Source: Asticcacaulis excentricus CB 48 (lineage in GTDB: Bacteria; Pseudomonadota; Alphaproteobacteria; Caulobacterales; Caulobacteraceae). Taken from it: a stretch of DNA of 32,000 nt. Under the pieces are notes generated by a model. The model did not search any database. It was not told the origin of the DNA and was given only the letters and a program-made list of their open reading frames with translations. A program made the position numbers and the translations under genes. Positions 14,315-23,448 of this stretch are shown here, piece by piece (the stretch's first letter is position 1; every line of letters starts with the position of its first letter). The stretch covers positions 1,618,843-1,650,842 of the forward strand of contig NC_014816.1 of the NCBI RefSeq assembly GCF_000175215.2, read 5' to 3'.

Positions 14315-14638
14315 ATGAAAACCCTCCTCATCTATGCCGTCGCCGCCCTGTTCGAAATCGGCGGTTGCTTCGGCCTCTATGCCGTGCTGCGTCTGCATAA
14401 GTCGCCTCTGTGGCTAGTGCCAGGCCTGATGTGCCTGATGGCCTTCGCGTGGCTCCTGACCCTGCCCGATAACGGGGCCGCTGGCCGCACCTACGCCGCC
14501 TATGGGGCCATCTATATCGCTGCCTCGTTCGGGTGGATGTGGCTGATAGAAAAGCAAAAACCCGACCTGTGGGACGGGGCGGGTTTGCTGATTTGCCTGA
14601 TCGGGGCCGGACTTATTCTGTGGGGGCCGCGCGCATAG
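14315..14638 (+). CDS. ynfA: YnfA-family (UPF0060) small membrane protein
   Basis: MKTLLIYAVAALFEIGGCFGLYAVLRL...GRTYAAYGAIYIAASFGWMWLIEKQKPDLWD..GAGLILWGPR is the characteristic 4-TM UPF0060 sequence. The start is the ATG at 14315. Confidence 0.85.
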   Translation: MKTLLIYAVAALFEIGGCFGLYAVLRLHKSPLWLVPGLMCLMAFAWLLTLPDNGAAGRTYAAYGAIYIAASFGWMWLIEKQKPDLWDGAGLLICLIGAGLILWGPRA

Positions 14639-15983
14639 CGGTCAGCGCCTTTTTGTCCAGCCACATAAAGCGCGCCTGAAGCAGGATGGCCGACACCCAA
14701 CTGGCCAAAGCCGCCGCATATATCAGACCCGGCACTCCCTGCCCGACGTGCAGGGCCAGCCAATAGCCCACCGGCAGCATAACAAACCCATAGGCGATAT
14801 AGTGCAGCACAGGCGCGACCACGACGTCCTGACGCGCGCGCAGGGCCTGCGCCGTCACCACCTGCACGCCATCGGGCACGAAGAACAGGCAGGAGAGCAA
14901 AAGCGCCGCCTGCACCCCGCTGCGCAGGGCGTCGTCCGACGTATAGCCCGCCGCAATCCCCTGCGAACCGATCAGCACCACAAGGCAGACTCCCATCATA
15001 AAAGCCGCCGCTGCCGAAAAGCTGACCCGCCCGATGCGCGCCAGACCCGGCATGTCCCCGGCCCCATAGGCGCGCCCGACCAGCACCGAACAGCCGATGG
15101 CCAGCCCCATCGGCACCATGAAGACGATGGAGGCGAAGTTGAGCACAATGGCCCATACAGCGACTGCCTCTTCGGAAATGCGCCCCGCAAACAGGGTCAT
15201 GCCGGCAAAGGCGGCGACCTCAATGAAGTAGGACGCCCCGGCCGCATAGCCGATCTGACGCTGTTCGCGCCCGCCTTGCGGGTCAGGATTGTGCCGCTTC
15301 AGCAGGCCATATTGCGCAATACCCGGCAGCGTCAGGACATAGACAATCAGGGCCACCATGACACAGGCGCGCGCGATCAGGGTCGAAATCGCCGCGCCCA
15401 TCGCGCCGTCGCTGTCGATGCCCGGAAGAGTGATCACACCGGGTACTAGCAAGAGAAGGAGCACGCCATTGAGAACATTGCCCGCCCAGGTGAAAATCAG
15501 GCCCGGACGGGTCCGCCCCAACCCTTCGAGAAACTCCGAACCCGCCACGGCGATCATGTAAAACGGCATGGACAGGGCAAAAACCAGCAGCGGGCCTGAC
15601 GCGCCATCGGCCATATCCGGCTTGACGGCCAGATGCAGCAGGCCCGGCCCGGCGAGGAACAGCACCACCGCCGCGAAAAGACCAAGGATGATGGCATAGA
15701 CCATGCCGCGCTGAAACACCGGCCCAATGCGGTGCGGCTCATCGGCACCGATAAAGTGCGCTGTTTTGACCTGAATTCCAACCAGCAGGCCAATCGACGT
15801 GACAAGGAAGATCGAGGTAGGGGCCCAGGCCAGCGAATGATAACCCAGTTCCGCCGCGCTGTAGTGCCCGACGATCAGCGTGTCCATCAGCCCCATCAGC
15901 ATGAAGCCGAGACGCGACCCCACCACCGGCCACGACAGATGGAACAGTTCCTTAAAGGCGGCGGTGTACAGGGCTCTGGTCAT
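14613..15983 (-). CDS. MATE-family efflux transporter
   Basis: Polytopic protein of about 456-472 aa. The N-terminus ...FKELFHLSWPVVGSRLGFMLMGLMDTLIVGHYS is a typical MATE/NorM start. I prefer the ATG at 15983 (MTRALY), preceded by GGGGG. Alternative starts are the ATG at 16016 and the GTG at 16031. The 3' end overlaps ynfA by 26 bp in convergent orientation. Confidence 0.85.
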   Translation of the reverse strand: MTRALYTAAFKELFHLSWPVVGSRLGFMLMGLMDTLIVGHYSAAELGYHSLAWAPTSIFLVTSIGLLVGIQVKTAHFIGADEPHRIGPVFQRGMVYAIILGLFAAVVLFLAGPGLLHLAVKPDMADGASGPLLVFALSMPFYMIAVAGSEFLEGLGRTRPGLIFTWAGNVLNGVLLLLLVPGVITLPGIDSDGAMGAAISTLIARACVMVALIVYVLTLPGIAQYGLLKRHNPDPQGGREQRQIGYAAGASYFIEVAAFAGMTLFAGRISEEAVAVWAIVLNFASIVFMVPMGLAIGCSVLVGRAYGAGDMPGLARIGRVSFSAAAAFMMGVCLVVLIGSQGIAAGYTSDDALRSGVQAALLLSCLFFVPDGVQVVTAQALRARQDVVVAPVLHYIAYGFVMLPVGYWLALHVGQGVPGLIYAAALASWVSAILLQARFMWLDKKALTAMRAAPTE

Positions 15984-16037
15984 GCCCCCGCGTGTAGCCG
16001 GTTTCGCTGACCGCATCAACGCTGTGATCACGGCTCT

Positions 16038-16056
16038 GCTGACAGGGAGTGTCAGC
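16038..16056 (-). other. Stem-loop (7-bp perfect stem GCTGACA/TGTCAGC, 5-nt loop) without a U-tract
   Basis: Read directly between the stop of the ORFan (16063) and the MATE start region. No T-run follows on the minus strand, so it is not a canonical intrinsic terminator. Confidence 0.3.
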
Positions 16057-16062
16057 GTGAGT

Positions 16063-16620
16063 CTAAGGCTTCTGTATAAATATGCTGACGCTTTTGACCT
16101 CTTTCAGCAAAGCATCACCTTCCACGCCGTAATTATAACAACGCCGGGGTATGGCTGTTTCGTCCAGTGCGAAAATAGGACCTTCGCCACTGTTGAAAAC
16201 GGCATACCCGCTTTCTTCTTCACCAATGTAGACTCTGCCTCGTCGGTGGTGACTTTTCAGTTGAGCAACGGTCATACCGACACGGCTGCCAGCAGGGGTC
16301 ACAAAAATCGAGGAATCCGCCGTCAATCGCCCAATTTTATCGCCTTGACCGAAGGTCTCAGCAACGAGATCGACCTGTCCGCAAATCGCCACAAGGTACC
16401 GACTGCCACCTTCACCATCATCCTCGAACATCTCGGTTCGATAATGATCCGCTTGGACGGCGGCGGGCATCGACGCCCCAAGGCGTAATGGACCCATCTG
16501 CGTGCCGCTAACAGACATGTCTGTGGCACAGACATAAGGCGTGCCCCCCAATGCAATAACGATCGTAGCCAATGATAGCAGGCCGCCTCCTCTATCAGCA
16601 AAGCAGCGTAATCGTGACAA
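16063..16620 (-). CDS. Hypothetical, probably exported protein (ORFan with atypical composition)
   Basis: 185-aa ORF with a TTG start at 16620. An internal ATG at codon 35 is possible. The N-terminal hydrophobic stretch GGGLLSLATIVIALGGTPYVCA looks like a signal peptide. I counted G+C by hand at 289/540 (53.5%) over 16081-16620, versus 40/60 in the first full line of the adjacent MCP gene. Many codons end in A/T. I do not recognise a family. Confidence 0.55.
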   Translation of the reverse strand: MSRLRCFADRGGGLLSLATIVIALGGTPYVCATDMSVSGTQMGPLRLGASMPAAVQADHYRTEMFEDDGEGGSRYLVAICGQVDLVAETFGQGDKIGRLTADSSIFVTPAGSRVGMTVAQLKSHHRRGRVYIGEEESGYAVFNSGEGPIFALDETAIPRRCYNYGVEGDALLKEVKSVSIFIQKP

Positions 16621-16645
16621 CGCCGATGAGATAGGTGTTCAGTGA

Positions 16646-18349
16646 TTACGCCGCACGGCGACCGACAAAGGTCTCCACAGCCGCAGACAGGCTTTGCAGG
16701 GCATCGGTCACACGCCGGGCCGTGTCGTCCAGACGCTGATTGGCTTCGCGTGAACGCGCCACCTGGGCGGCCGCGTCCCGCACAGCCTGTTGCGTGGTGT
16801 CGGCATTGCGCGCAGCCGTGCTGGCGCCGTTTGAAATGGCGGCCGCCGCCGTACTCTGTTCATAAACTGCGCCGTGGATGCCCGCCGACAGGTTCTCGAC
16901 CTCGGTCATGACGCCGGTGATCGTGCGGATAGCCTCAACTGTTTCCTGGGTCGCCGTCTGGATGGCGCTAATCTGGCTGACAATATCTTCAGTGGCCTTG
17001 GCCGTCTGATTGGCCAGCGACTTGACCTCGGTGGCGACGACGGCAAAGCCCTTGCCCGCGTCACCGGCTCTGGCGGCTTCGATGGTGGCATTCAGCGCCA
17101 GCAGATTGGTCTGTTGCGCAATAGCCTGAATGAGAGTGACAACATCGCCGATGCGGCCCGCCGCTTCGACCAGTTGCCCCACCTTTTGCGAGGCAAGTTC
17201 GCCCTCCTGTCCGGCCTTGCGGATGACGTCCGAGGCACTTTGCACCGACGCCGTGACCTCTTCGATGGTCGCCGCCAGTTGCGTTGTGGCTTCGGCCATA
17301 TCCGCGACAGAGCCTGAAGCTTGCGCACTCGTCTGCGCCGCCTGCGCCGTGGCGCGCTCGGTCTGGCCGCCCAGGTCGCGCAGAGTGTGGCTAAGGTCGG
17401 TGAAGGTGCCAATATCGCTCTGAAGCGTGCCAAACAGGCCCCGCACCTGTTCCAGAAAGCGCTCGATGTCCTGCTGACCGGCGTCACGGCGCGCCAGAGC
17501 GGCCGCGGTTTCCTCAGCCTGCTGCCGGCGCATGGCCTCGCGTTCACGGGCGGCCTCACGCAGGTCCGTAACCGCACGGGCGATCAAGGCAATTTCGTCC
17601 TGCCCCGCAGTATGCGGAATATCACGATCCAGTTGCCCCTGAGCCACGTCACGGGCCGCCGAGGCGATCCTTTGAATCTTGCCCAGTTCGCGGCCCAACA
17701 GCGGATAAAGCACCGCAATGGTCGCCAGCAGCGTCCCGACCGCAAAGCCCAGTAGCAGAAACGCCTGCGCCCACAGGGCCTTGGTAATATCCGCCACCTT
17801 GGATACGCCGACGAACAGGATACCGATTACCTCACCCGCACCGTTACGGATAGGGGCATAGGCGGTCTGGTAATCTTCGCCCAGAATGGCCGCCTTGCCA
17901 AAATAGGGTTCTCCTCGGCTGATCGACGGCCATGCGGCACTGTCCTTACCCAGATTGGTGCCCACAGCGCGGTTGCCGTCCGGCTTAATAACATTGGTGC
18001 TCAGGCGCACAAAGTCGCCAGGCTTTTCCGCGTCGACGCCGAATACCGTGACGTAGCCCTTATTGATCTTGCCGGTCTCATCGACCAGCGTGTGATCCTC
18101 AGGTACCGTGATGCTCTCGGCGGTAACGCCGGTTACCACCCCGTCTGTGATCCCGACCTGTGCGCCATTGGCCTGCGCATAGCGGTCAGCGGCCACGCGC
18201 AGCGACCATTCGAGGTCGCGACGCACCTGAGCCTCAAGATTAGAGCGATAGTTGAAGAATTCGATCCCGGCGATGGCGAGTACCGCCACACTGACACACA
18301 CAAATGCCGCCGAAAGAATACGGCCGCGGAAAGTAGAAAAAATCGACAT
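16646..18349 (-). CDS. Methyl-accepting chemotaxis protein with a periplasmic Cache-type sensor and HAMP domain
   Basis: The signalling hairpin [41 protein letters not shown] is the conserved MCP core. The N-terminal region between two TM segments, YVTVFGVD...[21 protein letters not shown]...[37 protein letters not shown], matches the single-Cache (Cache_3-Cache_2 type) pattern. Confidence 0.92.
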   Translation of the reverse strand: MSIFSTFRGRILSAAFVCVSVAVLAIAGIEFFNYRSNLEAQVRRDLEWSLRVAADRYAQANGAQVGITDGVVTGVTAESITVPEDHTLVDETGKINKGYVTVFGVDAEKPGDFVRLSTNVIKPDGNRAVGTNLGKDSAAWPSISRGEPYFGKAAILGEDYQTAYAPIRNGAGEVIGILFVGVSKVADITKALWAQAFLLLGFAVGTLLATIAVLYPLLGRELGKIQRIASAARDVAQGQLDRDIPHTAGQDEIALIARAVTDLREAAREREAMRRQQAEETAAALARRDAGQQDIERFLEQVRGLFGTLQSDIGTFTDLSHTLRDLGGQTERATAQAAQTSAQASGSVADMAEATTQLAATIEEVTASVQSASDVIRKAGQEGELASQKVGQLVEAAGRIGDVVTLIQAIAQQTNLLALNATIEAARAGDAGKGFAVVATEVKSLANQTAKATEDIVSQISAIQTATQETVEAIRTITGVMTEVENLSAGIHGAVYEQSTAAAAISNGASTAARNADTTQQAVRDAAAQVARSREANQRLDDTARRVTDALQSLSAAVETFVGRRAA

Positions 18350-18430
18350 GGTACGCCTCAGACAAACGGGAAAGCCTGAGTGCGACTATTTGTCGCTATG
18401 GTAACCAAGTTCTTAAAAGGCAGGGTTGCA

Positions 18431-18458
18431 AATAAAAAAAGGGCCGCCGAAGCGACCC
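18431..18458 (-). terminator. Rho-independent terminator downstream of the DAHP synthase gene
   Basis: The minus-strand RNA reads AAAAGGGUCGC-UUCG-GCGGCCC-UUUUUUUAUUU. That is a 7-bp G+C-rich stem with one G-U pair, a UUCG tetraloop and a U7 tract, beginning about 28 nt after the TAA stop at 18486-18488. Confidence 0.8.
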
Positions 18459-18485
18459 TTTTGACAATCGATGCGACCTTCAGGC

Positions 18486-19859
18486 TTAAGCGGCCTTGGT
18501 CACCTTGTCCTTGAGGCCTTGCAGGCGCTCGGCCACAAGGAAGCTCAGTTCCAGCGCCTGATCGGCATTAAGGCGCGGATCACAGTGAGTGTGGTAACGG
18601 TGGCTCAGTTCGTCCTCGCTCAGGGCGTGCGCGCCGCCCAGACATTCAGTGACGTTCTGACCGGTCATCTCAAGGTGCAGGCCACCCGGATGGACGTTTT
18701 CCGACGCCGCGATGTCGATGAAGGAACGCACTTCCGATAGGATGCGGTCGAAGGGGCGCGTCTTGTAGCCGTTGGCAGCCTTGACGACATTGCCGTGCAT
18801 GGGATCGATTGACCACACCACCGGCACGCCATGTTCGCGCGAAGCCTTCATCAGGCGCGGTAGGCGCTCACCCACCTTGTCGGAGCCAAAGCGGCCGATC
18901 AGGGTGAGACGGCCCGGAATACCTTCCGGATTGAGCGCGTCGATCAGGCGCTTCAGATCGTCAGGCTCCAGGGTCGGGCCGCACTTGACACCAATGGGGT
19001 TCTTGATCCCCTGCATGAAGTGGACGTGCGCGCCATCGAGCTGACGGGTGCGCTCACCGATCCACAGGAAGTGGGCCGAGGTGTCGTACCAGTCGCCGGA
19101 GGTCGAATCGACGCGCGTCAGGGCCTGTTCGTAATTGAGCAGAAGCGCTTCGTGCGAAGTGAAGAAATCGACCTGCCGGATTTCCTGCGCCTTGTCCGAA
19201 GTGATGCCGATGGCCGACATGAAGTTTAGCGTCTCGGAGATCTTTTCGGCCAGTTCGCGGTAACGCTCACCCTGCGGCGAGCCGGAGACGAAGCCCAGCG
19301 TCCACTTGTGGATGTTGTACAGGTCTGCATAGCCGCCATTGGCGAAGGCGCGCAGCAGGTTTAGGGTCGAGGACGACTGATGGTAGGCCTTGACCAGACG
19401 CTGCGGGTCCGGAATGCGCGCTTCAGGCGTGAATTCCATGCCGTTGATATTGTCGCCGCGATAGCTGGGCAGGGTCACGTCGCCGATGGTTTCAATCGGC
19501 GAGGAGCGCGGCTTGCCAAACTGTCCCGCAATGCGCCCAAGCTTAACCACCGGCTTGCCGCCAGCAAAAGTCAGCACGACGGCCATCTGAAGGATCAGAC
19601 GGAAGGTGTCGCGGATGTTGTCGGCCGAAAATTCCTTGAAGCTTTCGGCGCAGTCGCCACCTTGCAAAAGGAAGGCTTCGCCATTGGCAACCTTACCCAG
19701 CGCGGAGGTCAGGCGACGGGCTTCACCAGCAAAGACCAGCGGCGGCAGCGTGGCGATTTCGGCCTCAGCGGCACGTAGCGCCGCCGCATCGGGGTAATCG
19801 TCAGGGATGTGGAGCGCGGGGCGCGCGCGCCAACTATGGGGAGACCAGGACTTGTTCAT
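18486..19859 (-). CDS. Class II (plant/actinobacterial-type) 3-deoxy-7-phosphoheptulonate (DAHP) synthase
   Basis: 457 aa. The N-terminus [19 protein letters not shown], the length and the pattern throughout (...KPRSSP...GDNINGMEF..., ...IDPMHGN...) are typical of class II DAHP synthase. Confidence 0.93.
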   Translation of the reverse strand: MNKSWSPHSWRARPALHIPDDYPDAAALRAAEAEIATLPPLVFAGEARRLTSALGKVANGEAFLLQGGDCAESFKEFSADNIRDTFRLILQMAVVLTFAGGKPVVKLGRIAGQFGKPRSSPIETIGDVTLPSYRGDNINGMEFTPEARIPDPQRLVKAYHQSSSTLNLLRAFANGGYADLYNIHKWTLGFVSGSPQGERYRELAEKISETLNFMSAIGITSDKAQEIRQVDFFTSHEALLLNYEQALTRVDSTSGDWYDTSAHFLWIGERTRQLDGAHVHFMQGIKNPIGVKCGPTLEPDDLKRLIDALNPEGIPGRLTLIGRFGSDKVGERLPRLMKASREHGVPVVWSIDPMHGNVVKAANGYKTRPFDRILSEVRSFIDIAASENVHPGGLHLEMTGQNVTECLGGAHALSEDELSHRYHTHCDPRLNADQALELSFLVAERLQGLKDKVTKAA

Positions 19860-19973
19860 GGCCGCTATTTAAGCGGAGGGCGAAGCAAACTCAATATCCA
19901 CAATCGTCGAAATCTGCCAAAACCGCTGAGAACACAGTATTTTATAGTATATTCCGCAACCATACGCCGGTTT

Positions 19974-21254
19974 TTAGATGTTTTGCGAGGCGGTACGCGC
20001 CATCAGATAGATGGCCGTCACCAGCGCCATTAGGGCCAACCACCATTCCTGCCAGATGCCGAAGCTGAGCTGCGCGATGACAAACACCGCTGAAAGAGTC
20101 GCCAGCGCGTAGGGGCGCGGATCGGTCTGTATCGGGGCAGCGGCTCTGGACAGTTCCCTCAGTTCAACAAAGGCAGCAGCCGGCGCTTCCGGGGCTCCGC
20201 GACCGATGCGCAGGATCAGCAGCACCCACACAGCCGCCAGCAGGAACAGGCCGATATAGCCTAGCTCCAGTCCGACCTGAATCGACATGTTGTGCGGATG
20301 CAGGGGAATGGGTTTACCGAAATGGCGGCTGGAATCGAAGCCCCAGCCTAGAAAAGGTTTTTGCAGGATTTTCTGAGCGGCGAACTCCCAGATATCGAGG
20401 CGCGCATCCCAGGAGGCGGGCAAGAACTGACGGATATTGTCCCCCCATCCCAGACGCCGGATGGCGTCGATTATCAGGGGGGTGAACAGAATCTTGAAGC
20501 CTAACAACGTCGCGATGATTTTGTATATGCTGAAGCCACCCACGACCGGGAAACGGCGGGCGACCCAGAACAGCGCCATCGAGACGATCAGGGCCAGCAA
20601 GGGGGCACTGGCCCCCGTCACCAGCGGTGCGAGCACACAGGCCGCCAGCGCGATCAGTTTCAGGATACGGAAACGGTGCTCTCCCGCCAGCATGACAGGC
20701 CAGTAAAGCAGTACGAAAGCGTAGGTCGCGAGCGACACCTTGACCATGGCAAGGTCCGGGCGGATGGGTTTATAAAGCGCCGCCGAAATCGCCTGATATA
20801 GGCTGGCACCGGACAGCGCATCCATGATAATCAGGCCGCACAAGCCGATATAGGTATAAAGAAGACCGGTCATCAGGCCAGAGGCCGTTTTGGGTGTCAT
20901 CGACCACGCTGCAAGAATAAGAGCCCCGTACCAAACAGGCTGAAGCATGACCTTAAGCCATTCCTGATCTTCCCAGGTCTTGTACTGGCTGAAATCAGCC
21001 CCGCTATTGAGGTCGTAAAGCAGGGTCGAACGCGACACCAGCCAGAGCAACAGGATCAGAAGCAACACGCCTATCCAGCCAAACTGGCGCGCTTGTCGCC
21101 AGTAACCGAGGAGTAGCAACCCACCAAAAGTCGCCGTCAAGGCATAGCCAAGCGGTCCGGCATAAGTAAAGAACGCCAGAAAGACCAGCGTGATCCCCAT
21201 GATCACAGCCGTGTAGGAGGGCAATTGCAATTTTGAGGCTTTAGCCGAGGTCAT
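19974..21254 (-). CDS. O-antigen ligase / Wzy_C-family polytopic membrane protein
   Basis: About 10-12 TM helices by eye. The loop motif PIPLHPHNMSIQVGLELGYIGLFLL matches the H-N-x...E-x-G O-antigen ligase signature. The start is the ATG at 21254 or the GTG at 21260. G+C is lower than in the neighbours: two hand-counted 60-nt lines each gave 29/60. Confidence 0.75.
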   Translation of the reverse strand: MTSAKASKLQLPSYTAVIMGITLVFLAFFTYAGPLGYALTATFGGLLLLGYWRQARQFGWIGVLLLILLLWLVSRSTLLYDLNSGADFSQYKTWEDQEWLKVMLQPVWYGALILAAWSMTPKTASGLMTGLLYTYIGLCGLIIMDALSGASLYQAISAALYKPIRPDLAMVKVSLATYAFVLLYWPVMLAGEHRFRILKLIALAACVLAPLVTGASAPLLALIVSMALFWVARRFPVVGGFSIYKIIATLLGFKILFTPLIIDAIRRLGWGDNIRQFLPASWDARLDIWEFAAQKILQKPFLGWGFDSSRHFGKPIPLHPHNMSIQVGLELGYIGLFLLAAVWVLLILRIGRGAPEAPAAAFVELRELSRAAAPIQTDPRPYALATLSAVFVIAQLSFGIWQEWWLALMALVTAIYLMARTASQNI

Positions 21255-21364
21255 GTACACAATCTTTTCGCGAACACCCCGCTCTTACGTCAGAATTGGT
21301 GCAGGAATAAGACAAATAATGCTGCGCTGCAATATTTATCCCCAGCCCATGCCGGGTCTGACGC

Positions 21365-22741
21365 TTACGCCATGCGCTTGTCGCGTAGGGTGACAAACTC
21401 TTCGGCGGCCGTCGGGTGGACGGCGCAAGTGGCATCCCACTGGGCCTTAGTCAGGCCTGCCTTCACGGCAATGCCCGCCATCTGAATAATTTCCGCTGAG
21501 TCTGGCCCGACCATGTGCGCCCCCAGCACGACATCGGTCTTGTGATCCACGATCAGCTTCATCAGGGTGCGGCTTTCACCGGCCACAAAGGTCGTCTTCA
21601 TCGGACGGAAACGTGCCGTATAAATATCAACGCGGATACCTTTGGCTACGGCGTCTTGTTCTGTCAGACCGACTGTGCCGATCTGCGGCTGCGAAAACAC
21701 CGCCGTCGGGATATTGGCATAGTCATAGGCCATCGGATTGTCTTTGAAGGCCGTCTCGACAAAGGCTACGGCCTCGCGGATGGCCACCGGCGTCAGGTTG
21801 CAGCGATTGGTGACGTCGCCCACGGCAAAGATATGCTCAACCGCCGTACGCGAATAAGAATCAACCACCACGGCCCCATCGCGGTCCAGCTCAACCCCGA
21901 CATCGGTCAGGCCCAGGCCGTTCGTGTGTGGGCGTCGGCCCGTGGCATAGAGCACCTGATCGACCGTCAGTTCGGTGTCGTCGGTCAGGGTAATCTTGAT
22001 GCCTTTATCGGTTTTTTCGAGCTTTTTGGGGTCGGCGTGGCACATGACTTTAATGCCCTTCTTGCCGATCTCCTGCGTCAGATGCTCGCGCACTTCCTGA
22101 TCAAAGGCGCGCAGGATCTGATCGCCGCGATAGAGAATATGCGTATCAATACCCCAGCCGTTCATGACACCGGCAAACTCAACCGCGATATAGCCGCCGC
22201 CCACGATGGCGATGGATTTCGGCAGCTTATCGAGCAGGAACATGTCGTTTGAGGTGATGGCCAGGGCGTGCCCTTCGACCTCTTCTGGCACAAAGGGCTG
22301 ACCACCGACGGCGACTAAGATGGTTTTGGCCGTCACCTCATAGGGGGCATCGCCATTGGTAGGCGAAAGATGCACCGTGTGCGGACCGGTGAGTTTCGCC
22401 CAGGCGGGAATCAGGTCGGCCCCGGCCTTGACCAAATTTGCGGCGTAGATGTCCGACAGGCGCGACACCTCGGCCAGGTTGGCATTGCGGAACTTGGTCC
22501 AGTCGAAACGGCCCGTCTGCGCCTCCCAACCGAAGCCCCGCGCATAGGCCACCTGCTCCGGCACTTCTGATGCATAGACCATGAACTTTTTGGGGACGCA
22601 GCCGCGCACCACACAGGTGCCGCCGGGTTTGTCGCCTTCGGCCACGCCGACTTTAAGGCCCAACTGCGCGCTCAGCCGCGCCGCGCGCACCCCGCCGGAG
22701 CCAGCCCCCAACACAAAAAGATCATAGTCGAATGTAGACAT
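21365..22741 (-). CDS. gor: Glutathione-disulfide reductase
   Basis: 458 aa. It has YDLFVLGAGSGGVRAAR (FAD-binding), GGTCVVRGCVPKK (redox-active disulfide) and a C-terminal HPTAAEEFVTL His-Glu motif. Confidence 0.88.
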   Translation of the reverse strand: MSTFDYDLFVLGAGSGGVRAARLSAQLGLKVGVAEGDKPGGTCVVRGCVPKKFMVYASEVPEQVAYARGFGWEAQTGRFDWTKFRNANLAEVSRLSDIYAANLVKAGADLIPAWAKLTGPHTVHLSPTNGDAPYEVTAKTILVAVGGQPFVPEEVEGHALAITSNDMFLLDKLPKSIAIVGGGYIAVEFAGVMNGWGIDTHILYRGDQILRAFDQEVREHLTQEIGKKGIKVMCHADPKKLEKTDKGIKITLTDDTELTVDQVLYATGRRPHTNGLGLTDVGVELDRDGAVVVDSYSRTAVEHIFAVGDVTNRCNLTPVAIREAVAFVETAFKDNPMAYDYANIPTAVFSQPQIGTVGLTEQDAVAKGIRVDIYTARFRPMKTTFVAGESRTLMKLIVDHKTDVVLGAHMVGPDSAEIIQMAGIAVKAGLTKAQWDATCAVHPTAAEEFVTLRDKRMA

Positions 22742-22752
22742 GTCGCGCTTTC

Positions 22753-23445
22753 TTACGGATGGAGGATATCGACGCCGCTATCAGTGCCGATCAGCGCAAC
22801 GTCGGCCAGATCGAGGAACAGGCCATGATCAACGACCCCCGTGGTGGCTTTCAGTGCGCTGGCCAGACCGGAAGGATCAAGGATCGCCCCGCACGGCACG
22901 TCAAAGATAAGATTCCCGCCGTCGGTCACAAAGGACTCGCCGCCTTTTTTCCGCAAAACCGGCAATTTGGCGATGTCGAACTCACTCAGCACGTCGCAGA
23001 TGCGGTTGATCGTGCCCTTATAGGCGAAGGGCTCGACCTCGATCGGCAGGGCAAAGGCCCCCAGCGTGGCCACGTGCTTGGCCGCATCGGCGATAACGAT
23101 ACAGCGATCAGCCATCTCCCAGATCAACTTTTCGCGCAGCAACGCCCCGCCGCCGCCCTTGATCAGAGCCAACCCGGAACCAATTTCGTCCGCGCCATCG
23201 ACGCAGACGTCCAGCTTGCCCACATCGTTGATATCCTTGATTTCCAGCCCCAACGACTGCGCCAAATGCGTCGTCTGGTTCGAGGTAGAAACGAGCGTCA
23301 GCTTCAGTCCGTCTCGCACCGCGTCGGCCACGGCCTTGACGAACCAGGCGGCGGTGGAGCCGGTGCCAAGCCCTACCTTCATGCCGCTCTCGATATGGTC
23401 GATAGCCGCTAGACCGGCGGCCTGTTTCTGCGTATCGGCGGACAT
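22753..23445 (-). CDS. rpiA: Ribose-5-phosphate isomerase A
   Basis: 230 aa. GLGTGSTAAWFV, VDGADEI and LIKGGGGALLREK are RpiA signatures. Confidence 0.93.
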   Translation of the reverse strand: MSADTQKQAAGLAAIDHIESGMKVGLGTGSTAAWFVKAVADAVRDGLKLTLVSTSNQTTHLAQSLGLEIKDINDVGKLDVCVDGADEIGSGLALIKGGGGALLREKLIWEMADRCIVIADAAKHVATLGAFALPIEVEPFAYKGTINRICDVLSEFDIAKLPVLRKKGGESFVTDGGNLIFDVPCGAILDPSGLASALKATTGVVDHGLFLDLADVALIGTDSGVDILHP

Positions 23446-23448
23446 GAC

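Noticed and set aside
16646-18349. The MCP as part of a chemotaxis gene cluster.
   Set aside because: No cheA, cheW, cheY, cheR or cheB gene is in the window. It is an orphan receptor gene.
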